Assembly: GCA_964016885.1 (NCBI GenBank)
Contig: OZ024747.1
Span: 83,886,001-83,950,000 of the forward strand
Reading direction: 5' to 3'
Origin: Eledone cirrhosa
Taxonomy: Eukaryota
Length of the DNA: 64,000 bases
How positions within the stretch are numbered: the first letter of the stretch is position 1; the number at the start of each line of letters is the position of its first letter. Under the pieces are notes generated by a model that saw only the letters and a list, made by a program, of their open reading frames with translations, was not told the origin of the DNA and did not search any database. The position numbers and the translations under genes are program-made. Shown piece after piece: positions 25,588-36,971 of this stretch.

Positions 25588-28047
25588 ATGCTAATCAAAG
25601 ACCAACTCCCCATGTCAACCAAGAACATACCAATACCATCCAGGAATACATATGAGAAATTGCTGATCAACAGTGTAAATTCATTTATCAATAGAGTGAG
25701 ATGGAGGACATTCCATTATGATAGAAACAAATCTAACAACTTGAATAATACTAACAATTTTGACTCCTTCGGCTTTAAAACCTTTAAAAGCCCCCCTCAT
25801 AACACTCTACTTAACTCCTTTGAAAATGACCTAGTTAAACTAGTTAAGAACATTAAATACAATAAGCACCATATTAGAAGCAACACCTTCTTAAACAAAC
25901 TTAACACTTCTATTAGTGGATTCAAAACTAGTAATAAAATTATTGTACACGCAGATAAAACTAATAACATATACAGCCTAGATTATATTACTTATAGAAA
26001 GTTTATATATAATGAACTACATAAAAGCTACAAAAAAACCACCTTGAAAAACTTAGAAGATATTAATGTAGAGGGTTATAATATAGTGTCTAAACTAGGA
26101 CTACAGAGGCATACACAACCTTTCACTCCGAACCCCCCTAGATTCTCTCTGAAGGACCATAAGGAGAACTTCATCAGCAACTCCACGATAAGACTTATCT
26201 GCCCTTCCAAGTCCGACATTGGTATTATCAGCAAGAAGATTTTGGATAAAATCATCCCACAAATTAAACACAAGATACACCTTAAACAATGGGGAAATAC
26301 GGGTGAAGTAATTGAATGGTTTAAGGATATCAAGAATAATAAGAACAAAAAATTTATTCAATTTGATATCAATTCATACTACACCTCTATTTCCCCTATC
26401 CTATTAAATAAGGCACTTATCATGGCCATGACCAATAGCGACCTGACTAGAGCCCAGGTTGATGTCATCCTTGCGGCCCGTAAAACCATAATCACCTTCG
26501 AGGACCAACTATGGACACGCAAGGATACGCACAACAACTTCGACATAACCATGGGATCTAGTGACTCGGCGCAGGTCACTGATTTGGTCGGCCTATACCT
26601 CCTCAATGAAATCCATAAAGACCTCCCTTACCTCAACGGTGGTTTGTACCGCGATGATGCACTTCTACTCATAGAATATAAAAAATTTAATATAGAAAGA
26701 ACTAGAAAACAACTGCATAAGACATTCAAAAACTTTAACCTTAGTATCACCATGGACAAAAACACTAAAAATGTTAACTTCCTAGACGCCACACTATACC
26801 TAGACTCAAAAATATATACACCCTTCCATAAGCCTAATGAGAAACTTATTTACGTAGATACCAAGTCTAATCACCCTAGATCAATATTAAACTCTATCTC
26901 TAAGGGGGTGTCCAATAGAATCTCTAGTCTGTCCTATGACGCAAACATATTTAGCAAAAACTCACAATATTACAATCAAGCATTAGCTAGCTCCGGCCAT
27001 AATATAGAAATTGAGTTCCTACCTAAGAAAACACATAGCTACAACATCATCTCGCATAACATGTCCATGAGGAAATCTAATAATAGGAATAGCAACCACA
27101 AGTACACCAAAGCGGAGGGTGCCACCGGAAGTAACCATTACCATGGAAACTACTGTGAGGCCTTAGGAGGAAGCAACACACCAAACACTAAAAGCAAAAA
27201 TAGAAGAAGAAATAATACATTTTTCAACCCTCCTTTCAACCTAAATGTCTCCACCAACATACCTAGGGCTTTCTTCTCACTACTAGATAAAAACTTCCCT
27301 CTAGGACACAAGTACCACAACCTCTTAAACAAAAACACCATTAAAATCTCATACTCCACGACGCCTAACTTAGCATACCACATAGCTAGCAGCAATAATA
27401 GTAAAATTAGTTCTTACTTCCAACAAACAAAATCGCAACGGGATGCAAACCCTCTAAATACCACTGTAGCAAGCAACAATAGCAACGGCAGTAACAATAG
27501 AAATAACACTAGTATAAGTAATAACACCAGGGTTGTCAACCTGAACACCCAAAATCCTATACCCACCACACAGACTTCCGCATTGCATTATAACCAGCGG
27601 ACTAACGCACAGAATAATTGTAACTGTAGAGCTAATAGAACCTGCCCTTTAGATAAAAAATGCCTAACCAAGGATGTCATATACTCATGCACAGTCACGA
27701 CTAATAACTCTTCAGAAACCTATGTAGGCTCCACTTCTAACTGCTTCAAAATTAGATATAACTCGCACATCCACTCGTTCAAAAAGCACAGCCTAGCCAA
27801 CTCCACCTCACTTTCTAGCTACATTCACTATCTAAAATCTAAAAATAAACCATACACACTCAAATGGGAAGTGATAGGCAGCGCGACCTCGTACAAACCA
27901 CCTAATAAATTCTGTAACCTCTGTATACTAGAGACACACAATATTATCTTCTCCAACCGTAACCTACTTAACAAAAAATCTGAGGTGTTTGCAACTTGCC
28001 AGCACCGCCTCAGACATTCCTTCCAAAACTTTAAGCCCCATATATAG
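25588..28047 (+). CDS. PLE reverse transcriptase with C-terminal GIY-YIG endonuclease (819 aa)
   Basis: RT motifs FDINSYYTSI, TMGSSDSA, YRDD, NFLD; thumb SNHP; linker CNCRANRTCPLDKKC (CxCx5Cx5C); EN VIY...YVG..R...H, CNLC..E, LLN; no stops. Confidence 0.95.
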   Translation: MLIKDQLPMSTKNIPIPSRNTYEKLLINSVNSFINRVRWRTFHYDRNKSNNLNNTNNFDSFGFKTFKSPPHNTLLNSFENDLVKLVKNIKYNKHHIRSNTFLNKLNTSISGFKTSNKIIVHADKTNNIYSLDYITYRKFIYNELHKSYKKTTLKNLEDINVEGYNIVSKLGLQRHTQPFTPNPPRFSLKDHKENFISNSTIRLICPSKSDIGIISKKILDKIIPQIKHKIHLKQWGNTGEVIEWFKDIKNNKNKKFIQFDINSYYTSISPILLNKALIMAMTNSDLTRAQVDVILAARKTIITFEDQLWTRKDTHNNFDITMGSSDSAQVTDLVGLYLLNEIHKDLPYLNGGLYRDDALLLIEYKKFNIERTRKQLHKTFKNFNLSITMDKNTKNVNFLDATLYLDSKIYTPFHKPNEKLIYVDTKSNHPRSILNSISKGVSNRISSLSYDANIFSKNSQYYNQALASSGHNIEIEFLPKKTHSYNIISHNMSMRKSNNRNSNHKYTKAEGATGSNHYHGNYCEALGGSNTPNTKSKNRRRNNTFFNPPFNLNVSTNIPRAFFSLLDKNFPLGHKYHNLLNKNTIKISYSTTPNLAYHIASSNNSKISSYFQQTKSQRDANPLNTTVASNNSNGSNNRNNTSISNNTRVVNLNTQNPIPTTQTSALHYNQRTNAQNNCNCRANRTCPLDKKCLTKDVIYSCTVTTNNSSETYVGSTSNCFKIRYNSHIHSFKKHSLANSTSLSSYIHYLKSKNKPYTLKWEVIGSATSYKPPNKFCNLCILETHNIIFSNRNLLNKKSEVFATCQHRLRHSFQNFKPHI

Positions 28048-29490
28048 CAATGTCGGACTGGAACCTAACACCACATCTAGCATCAAACACCAGAGACACA
28101 CCCTATACTACATACCCAACACTAGCTGATCCATTATAACACAAACAACGACATCCCTCTGGAACCCTTCGCAGGGAAAATACCCATTTATACCTCTACG
28201 GCAGGTGTGACAACATCCACCCACCTGGACGGCACTACACCGCTCTAAGGGTAATTTGAGCATGAATTGATCGGTTGGATGGTGTTGGGCAGAGGAAACA
28301 CCTTCCTTAGACAGATGTAAAATGATTTAATCGAGTAGCGCTGTTGACCAGTAGGACCAGGCTGCTGAACGCAGTGAGTGAATGCAATGCAACTGCCGTG
28401 CGGGTTGTACGTATATGGATGATCTGACGGTCAGAGAGGGGTCGCGAGGACTGCGGATTGACCTTTGGCCTGCCTGGGGATGATTATCTTTCGACATCCA
28501 ATGTAGCAAGCGATGACCCAGATCTTACCAGAGATCATTGGGTCCTGAAGCAATCCTGCAATCACCGCGCCTGGTCATATGAGCAGACTACAACCATAGA
28601 GATCATTAATTTAGAATCCTCGCTCATCATCTATAATTTCCATTTGTAGCACCTTGAGATGGGTTAATCCACCCTAATAATAATATGATCACCTTCAGCA
28701 TAATTTAGTTAAACTACTCTATAGTTAGTACACTTTATGCTTTAAAAGTCTCTCTTGGAAGGTGCACCTCACCATAGAATTTAGGGTCTATATTGAGACA
28801 CATTTTAATGGCTAGATATAGAAACCCCAGAGTTACCTCCCCGCATGCATTAACTCCCCTTAGCCACACACACACTTCCGGTATTCAATGGCGTCTCTCG
28901 AAACGTAACAACCTCCTGTATCGAACTAAAGAACACCAGACTACGATCTCTAACTGGATTGTCGTGGATTATGTGAAAGGCATATAATCGAAATATACAC
29001 TCCCTTGACCATGAAAATACCGAAGTACATGAATTACTTGACATCCCTGCGCTGTGCATCTCCAATACTTATAACACTTTTAATGCTTGCACTATCTTTA
29101 ATGCTTATAATATTTCTCCACACGCAGACTATATCAATCATATAAAGACTTTGCCACCAGATCTACCAACCTAACACTCTTATTTACCTACCTAAGTGCC
29201 TCTACCACACATATCTCTCTGCCACACTATATAAACAAGACGCACATGCGTGCCACACATATAACATTTGCACTATATAACCACTTATCTTCATGTTGTA
29301 CTTTAACCTATATCTTTGATTTTTGATTGTACCTATTAATATAAATGTAATCTCGAAGTGTGTACTGCCACTCTAAATTCTGTAATGAATGTTGACCCAC
29401 AATGTTTGAATATGTATCAATGTTTGAATATGTATTGGTATGTCTCTCGGCTGAAAAGGAGGTCATATAACTGTCCATGCATTAATAAAT

Positions 29491-29537
29491 TGCTCCGAAG
29501 AATCCAAACCTCGGTTTGGAGGAAACAGCTGTAAGCA
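29491..29537 (+). ncRNA. hammerhead motif of PLE1 3' end
   Basis: Identical to 24111-24157; 4-bp stem I, palindromic stem III, predicted cleavage 29533|29534. Confidence 0.8.
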
Positions 29538-29575
29538 CAATAATGTTTTGAACAGTTCTTTGATTCTTATATTTC

Positions 29576-29627
<52 letters not shown>

Positions 29628-29674
29628 TATATATTTATATATATAAAAATATATATATATATATATATATAAAT

Positions 29675-29805
<131 letters not shown>

Positions 29806-29869
29806 TTTCGAATTTTGTTTATCGTGAACTCGTGCGTCGATTTTTCGATACTCGATTATTCTACTATAT

Positions 29870-29940
<71 letters not shown>

Positions 29941-29968
29941 CATATATATATATAACATATATATATAT

Positions 29969-30007
<39 letters not shown>

Positions 30008-30020
30008 CATATATATATAT

Positions 30021-30085
<65 letters not shown>

Positions 30086-30090
30086 TATAT

Positions 30091-31207
30091 ACTAGCTAGA
30101 AAAATGCGTACAGCAAAAAAAAGTAATATTGTTGGAACAAACCTTTAAAAATACAGGACAAGGAAGTAAGATAAACCTTTAAAAATACAGGACAAAGAAC
30201 TAAGATAAAACTTTAAAAGAATAGGACAAGGAATATAAATTTTTACAATAATATTAGTGGCAAAATTCAATTGGTAAAAAATTGAGTTTCCATCATTACA
30301 CCAATTACAACTATGATGTTCCGCATGCATCCACTCCAACCATGATCACTTGTCTGTCATCTTTCCCGGTCCAACTCCTCGCGGATGACCCGGCGCAACT
30401 CGGACTGGGTCGGAGCAGGAACTGGAGGGGGAGAGGGAGGGGTACGGGTCTTGACTCTGGGACGATGACGGCGAGTGACCAAGGTGAATGGGCCCGTGTT
30501 TGACTCGGAATCCTGCTGGTCCTCGATGACACTTTGAGGCACGGTTGACGGTTCCGGACTGGCTTCATGGGCAGTGGTAGAAGGGCAGGTGGATAGGGCA
30601 GAGTGCTTCTTCCTGGGAGAGCACTTGAAGCAGGTGAAGCCGGCGCCGGACTCGTTGAACCACTTCCAGACAGCACTGGGCATGTTGGCGCAGCAATGAT
30701 GAAAGTTGAAGCAGGCGACGAGGGGGGAGGAGGTGGAGGCGTTGGTGCAGGAGCAACAGACTGCTGATTTGGGAGTCATTGTAGCTGGGGGATGCAGGCG
30801 CTGAGGGGGCTCGAGTAGAAGGGAAGAACAGAAATGAACCATGATGACTTTTCCTACATTTTTCCTGGCCCACTTCCTCATGAACCAATGAACCAGTTGG
30901 TACAACTCGGACTTGGAGGAGGAACACAAGATAGGGATCAATTTCATTGTATTGATATTTCTCATTAAGTAATTTCATGTTACTCAAATAAATCACTTTT
31001 ATTTGATCAATTATCTATTTTTCCAATAAAATTTTTGCCACTAATATTATTGTAAAAATTTATATTCCTTGTCCTATTCTTTTAAAGTTTTATCTTAGTT
31101 CTTTGTCCTGTATTTTTAAAGGTTTATCTTACTTCCTTGTCCTGTATTTTTAAAGGTTTGTTCCAACAATATTACTTTTTTTTGCTGTACGCATTTTTCT
31201 AGCTAGT
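30091..31207. mobile_element. element bounded by about 176-bp inverted repeats
   Basis: 30091-30266 is the reverse complement of 31032-31207; the arms contain internal repeats 'aaaatacaggacaa'. Confidence 0.8.
30320..30800 (-). pseudogene. LINE (CR1/L2-type) ORF1 fragment with PHD-like finger
   Basis: GC-rich island: CCSC...VAC..FHHCC.MP..VWK.F.....FTCFKC, Pro/Ser linker, then ELRRVIREELDRE / RQVIMVGV across a frameshift. Confidence 0.6.
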
Positions 31208-31675
31208 TTCCTATTTTTCAAGGCAATGCAAACAACAACTACTTAATTAAATAGTTATTACTTTAGTTACTTCTATCAAAAAATCCCAAAAATGATGTTA
31301 ATGAAAACTATAGGTGAAAGTGAAGCTATTCTTTTGTGACCTCTTAGTTACTTGTACCAATTTTGAATTTAATTCAAGCTACAGTGTCAGCCTGTGCATT
31401 GGAGTCACAGAAATAAGTTGAGATATTTTATCTAATTGGTACAAGCATCCACTCCACATGGCGGGGACATAGGTCAGATCGTGGAGCACTCACCTATCTT
31501 AAAAATATTAACTTATGATAAATAAGAGTCATTTAAGAAAATACAATTTTTTTAAATTAGTAGGTGAGCATTAACAACTGAATCTAAATGGAGCAAATTT
31601 GCACCATTTGCATTTAGTTGAAAATAACATTTTAATTAAACATGACAAATTCTAATGCAATAGAAGGCAAATATC

Positions 31676-31940
31676 AATTTTCACATGCAAATTTTTTGGG
31701 GATTTTTTTCACGCGCGCCATTTTTGGTCGATTTTTTGTCAATTTTTCACATGCAAATTTTTTTGGGTTTTTTTGATTTTTTTTCACGCGCGCCATTTTT
31801 GTCGATTTTTTGTCAATTTTTCACATGATAATTTTTTTTTGGATTTTTGGATTTTCTTCACGCACGCCATTTTTGTCGATTTTTTGTCAATTTTTCACAT
31901 GATAATTTTTTTTGGATTTTTGTATTTTCTTCACGCGCTT
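31676..31940. repeat. about 65-75-bp tandem repeat
   Basis: Recurring aatttttcacatg...cacgcgcgccatttttgtcgattttttgtc, about 4 copies. Confidence 0.85.
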
Positions 31941-32520
31941 TTTGGTATGCATTATTCATATGTTTTGCTTGTTCTGATTGTCTTTTTTCTTTTATTTCAG
32001 CAGCTTTCCGTTTTTTATACTCCCTATTCCTAATGGCATTTTTTCTCCGTTTTTCATTCTCTTTATGAATTTTTTGATCTTTGGGACATTCGGAAGCACT
32101 ATCAGTCTCATTGAATTCAAATTCAGGTCCAGGATTTAATTCAACACAACCGATAATAAGCAATGATAAGATCAGTGCACGTGTTCTATATTTCTGATTG
32201 GAAATCGGGTAAATTCGTTTATTGGATTTGTAAAAAGCCGCCTGAATGTGAATTTCATCATTCGAATTGCCCGATTGTGGAATTGTTTCATTCGAAATGG
32301 AAATATTGCATTTTCGCGCCAGGCAAAAAAGTAATAAGCCGATCAAAAAGCCGCGAAACGTATATGGTGACTTTTTTCGAAAGCCGCGAAACGTATGAAG
32401 TGACCTTTTGCGATTTTTTTTGCGACCATTTTGGCGAGACTTTTGCAGGGAAACAAATTTTTCATTTGTAATAGTCAAAATAAATAAGCCGATAAAAAAG
32501 CCGAGAGACGTCATTTTCAT
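31858..32520 (-). pseudogene. degenerate transposon-like ORF with 2A-like motif and K/E/R-rich region
   Basis: RALILSLLIIGCVELNPGP (GCVELNPGP at 32125-32151), followed by charged helical sequence running into tandem repeats. Confidence 0.5.
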
Positions 32521-32844
32521 ATGTCAAATGAGCACACTATTCGCACCTATCGCAAATGAGTTCACTACTCGCACCTATCGGTACAAAAAATAGCACAACT
32601 ATTCACAACTATTAGTACAAATCCAAATGATTTTCTGAATTTCTAGTATATCAATCAGCGACTGCTTTGAAAGAGAACAATGCAGTGAGTGATTACTCAT
32701 TTGAATATAAATAGAAGACAACCTCAACTAGTTTGCAACGTGTGACCACTTATCGCGAGATAGGAGAACATAATAGCTCCTAATTAGCTCAATGATTAAT
32801 GTTTACTGCCACATTGTATCAACATTTAAAATTCAAATTCAAAA

Positions 32845-33400
32845 AAATAACCGCAGTCACTGGGGGGGGGGTTCAAATAACCACCGCACCCCGAATAACC
32901 GCAGTCACTAGGGGGGGTTCGAATAAGACCCTCACCCCAAATAACAGCAGTCACTGGGGGAGGGTTCGAATAAGCGCCTCACCCCGAATAATCGCAGTCA
33001 CTGTGGGGAGGGGTTCGAATAAGCGCCGCACCCCGAATAACCGCAGTCACTGTGGGGGGGGGGTTCGAATAAGCGCCTCACCCCGAATAATCGCAGTCAC
33101 TGGGGGAGGGTTCGAATAAGCGCCGCACCCCGAATAACCGCAGTCACTGGGGGGAGGGTTCGAATAAGCGCCGCACCCCGAATAATCGCAGTCACTGGGG
33201 GGAGGGTTCGAATAAGCGCCGCACCCCGAATAACCGCAGTCACTGGGGGGAGGGTTCGAATCAGCGCCGCACCCCGAATAATCGCAGTCACTGGGGGGAG
33301 GGTTCGAATAAGCGGGGGGGGGGGGGTTCGAATAAGCGTCTCACCCCGAATAATCGCAGTCACTGGGGGAGGGTTCGAATAAGCGCCGCACCCCGAATAA
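32845..33400. repeat. 39-bp minisatellite
   Basis: gaataagcgccgcaccccgaataaYcgcagtcactggggggagggttc-like units, more than 10 copies (period read by eye as roughly 46-49 bp including the G run). Confidence 0.85.
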
Positions 33401-33402
33401 CC

Positions 33403-33758
33403 CCTTATCCTCCTCTGACCGGTCCCAAGAGATGCATCAAATGCACAGAGCGTCACCCTTACTCACTCACTTACTCACTTGAACACAGTTTTTTTCAGCA
33501 AACTTTGATCATAACTTTTTTTGTGCTGAACGAAATTTCGAGATTTTTAGCTTAAGAGATGTGCAATGATTTACTCTCCATGCTCATATAACTTTCATGT
33601 GATTTTGATAATCGGAAGACATTCTAATAATGCTGTAAAGAGACGATTGCCAACGAAATCACTAAGACAACAATATTACTAAACCGACTACCGTCGGTTT
33701 AGGATATATGTATATGTATGTATGTATGTGTATATATATATATATGTATGTATGTATG

Positions 33759-33789
<31 letters not shown>

Positions 33790-34178
33790 GTATGTATATA
33801 TGTATGTATATATGTATGTATGTATATATATGTATGTATGTATTATATATATATGTATGTATGTATGTATGTATATATATATGTATGTATAACAGAGCGT
33901 CACCCTTACTCACTCACTTACTCACTTGAACACAGTTTTTTTCAGCAAACTTTGATCATAACTTTTTTTGTGCTGAACGAAATTTCGAGATTTTTAGCTT
34001 AAGAGATGTGCAATGATTTACTCTCCATGCTCATATAACTTTCATGTGATTTTGATAATCGGAAGACATTCTAATAATGCTGTAAAGAGACGATTGCCAA
34101 CGAAATCACTAAGACAACAATATTACTAAACCGACTACCGTCGGTTTAGGATAAACCGACTACCGTCGGTTTAGGATA
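33403..34178 (+). mobile_element. tandemly duplicated HINE/DINE-like (Helentron-type) non-autonomous element
   Basis: 33445-33705 repeated at 33892-34153; ends ttatcct...aggata; terminal palindrome taaaccgac-tacc-gtcggttta present three times; internal (ACTC)n. Confidence 0.5.
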
Positions 34179-34326
34179 TATATATATATATTTACAGAAT
34201 TAACCGTCGAAACGGCTTGAGCTCAGCCGTCGGGGTCTTACTTGTTCCTATTACCCACTCTACTACCCTAAGTATTGAGTACTTTGGTGCGTATGGTTCA
34301 CCTGGTTCCTTACCACATTTCCTTCG

Positions 34327-34438
<112 letters not shown>

Positions 34439-34659
34439 CGAGCCTGGGGAGTGCACAAATCACGGGGTTCATACCCCATTCTCTCTCTCTCTATATATAT
34501 ATATGTATTTATATGTATATATATATATGTATATATATATGTATATATATATTATATATATATGTAAACACATATATACATATATATATATATACACATA
34601 TACATATATATATATATATATAATATAAGATCAAAAGATGGTTAAAGGAGTTCCATGTA

Positions 34660-34726
34660 TTTTATTATGCGCATTTCAAAAACAAACATCATCATGCAAT
34701 AATATTTGTGTTTTCATCAGATAAAA
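34660..34726 (-). ncRNA. type I hammerhead ribozyme of PLE2
   Basis: TTTTAT-CTGATGA-long AT-rich stem II-GAAA-TGCGCA-TA-ATAAAA. Confidence 0.85.
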
Positions 34727-35722
34727 CAGGAGAACATGATATGAAGGCTAAAAAACACTTGTTGATAGTGCAGTTTTAAATCAACATATGAAAAGTGGTT
34801 TTAGATTGATGTGTGATATTGGGAAACATATTTTATTTAGAGAGGGGGGGGGGGATGAAAAGGGAGGGAGATGAGAGGGAGAGATGGGTGATAGAGAGAA
34901 AGAGATAGTTTTTATAACTGAGAGGAGATATATTGTTTTACATAGAGAGGTTGAAAACCGTTGGAAGATAATGTATAAATTAAAAATTTTGAAAATTAAC
35001 GAAGGGAGGATATGTGCGAGGAAAAAATATTTTATTTAGGGAGGGGGGGGGTGGAAAGGATGAAAAAAAGGGGGAGGAGATGAGAGTGAAGGTGGAGAGG
35101 GAGAGATGGGTGATAGAGAGAAAGTGATAGTTTTTATAACTGAGAAAAAGATATATTGTTTTAACATAGAGAGGTTGGGAACCGTTGGAAGATAATGTAT
35201 AAATTAAAGGAATTTGAAAATTAACGAAGGGAAATTATGTATGAAGATAGAGAGAAAAAAATAATAATTGTGGATGAATATTCTAACGTCAAAAAAAGAA
35301 ATGTATGTATTGTGGCAATTTCAAAATTAACGAAGAGAAAAATTATTAAGGTTTGTGTGTAGAAGGATTTGAGAAAAATAATGTGAAGTTAAAGTTTGTA
35401 TATTGAAGGAATTAATATATGCGAATAAAGAGTTGATATGTATTAATAATGAGTTCGTTGATGGGGAGAAAAAAATAATAAATTAAGGATGAAATTGAGA
35501 TTAAAAAGATTTATGATAGAGAGAAAAAATAATAATGATTGCGGATGAATATTCTAACGTCAAAACAACAAATGTATATGTTATGATAGAATGAGGGTAA
35601 TGAGTAAACAAGTAATATAGAGTGTATAATGCCCTTTAAAGTAAGGTAGATGGGTATATTTTAAAGAGGTGTATGTATATGTGCCTTTGAGAAAAGATTC
35701 TAAATTGATAAAGAATTGAATA

Positions 35723-36971
35723 TTAACTGTATACTTTGTGAAAAGTTCTATGGAATTTATGCAGGCAGATAGAAAACAAATCTGTGCGTCTATTTATTAT
35801 AGAATCTAGGTTAGAGATAATGGTAAATTTTTCATTTAGGCAGAGATTACAGATTTTAGATAGAGAGCTGTTCAAGTATGAGGATGCAGAAGAAATCTTC
35901 TTCCAAAAGATGGTATATTTAATGTTTTTGTCTTTTAAGGACCATATGAGTTCTGAGAGAGCAGTGTTAGTTCTTTTAAGTTTGTATTTGAAAGATGAAT
36001 GATGATTATAGAGACGAGCTTTAAAAGAGGTGGAAGTGGAGCCAAAATAGGTGAAGGAATTGGTGCTAGTTATAATTTTACATTCATAAATTAAGTTTTT
36101 ATCGAGACAATGGTTGTTGAGAGGACATTTATTTTTAATGCGGCAGTTGCAATTAGAGAGATTATTAATGAGTGATCTAGTGTTATCTATAGAAGGAATT
36201 GGATTGGAGAAGTTGTTTGCGATAGGAATAATAGGAATAATAGTTTCTTGATTTAGAGTTGGATTATGAACATTTAGCGAAGTTGTGTTTGACGTTGTAT
36301 TTGGGTTTACAGAAGTTAGCCTAGGGTTTACAATGACGTCGGGAGTACTATTACTGTTATTATGAAATTCAATATTGGAAGGAAGAGATTTAGTATTTAG
36401 TATTTTATTGTTGTGTTTAGAGATGATGTTGGAAATATTGGAGGATGTAGAATACGAAAATTTGATGGTGTGTTTGTTAAATATTTTACTATAGATATGT
36501 GAGGGAGGGAAGCATTTATTTAAGGCACTAAAAAATAATTTAGGAATATTGTTATTAATAGAGATGGAGAAAGGAGCATTATACCAGATTATGTTTTTGT
36601 ATCTAGGTCTTTTATTAAAATTATTGGAATGGTCATGATTAATTATTCTACTGTAAGTTTTTCTAGAATTTGTTTCTTTACTATATTTGATTTTATCTGG
36701 ATAGCCGGCTTTAGAAAGTGCGTTATTATAGTAATTGGCGTTAGCATCAAAGATGTTTTTATTAGAAGATATGTTAGATATTCTATTTCCAATATTATTA
36801 ACTATAGCATTCTTGATATTGGTAGGATGGTTAGATTTAAAGTTAACATAATTAAGGTTCTCATTGTTTTTATGGTAAGGGTAATATAGGCCAGTGTCAA
36901 GATTAAGAGATACGTCCAAGAAATTAGCTAGTTTGATACTAATATCAAATTCAATTTTTAGGTTATGTTGG
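35723..36971 (-). pseudogene. 5'-truncated PLE ORF: RT motifs D/E, thumb, CxC linker, GIY-YIG
   Basis: NFLDV, SNHP, CNCRIKNKCPLNNHC, LIY...YFG..FKARLYNH, CNLCLNEK; homologous to the C-terminal half of 25588-28047. Confidence 0.9.

Larger units (their letters stand above)
23904..29579 (+). mobile_element. Penelope-like retroelement (Hydra clade) with inverted upstream arm, in (TA)n
   Basis: Single RT-EN ORF; 24069-25476 is the reverse complement of 28172-29579; 23904-23974 is the reverse complement of 25475-25545; HHR in each arm; TA tracts on both sides. Confidence 0.92.

Noticed and set aside
33405-33435. ccggtcccaag resembling a twister ribozyme P4 loop
   Set aside because: The closing stem and pseudoknot partners are absent
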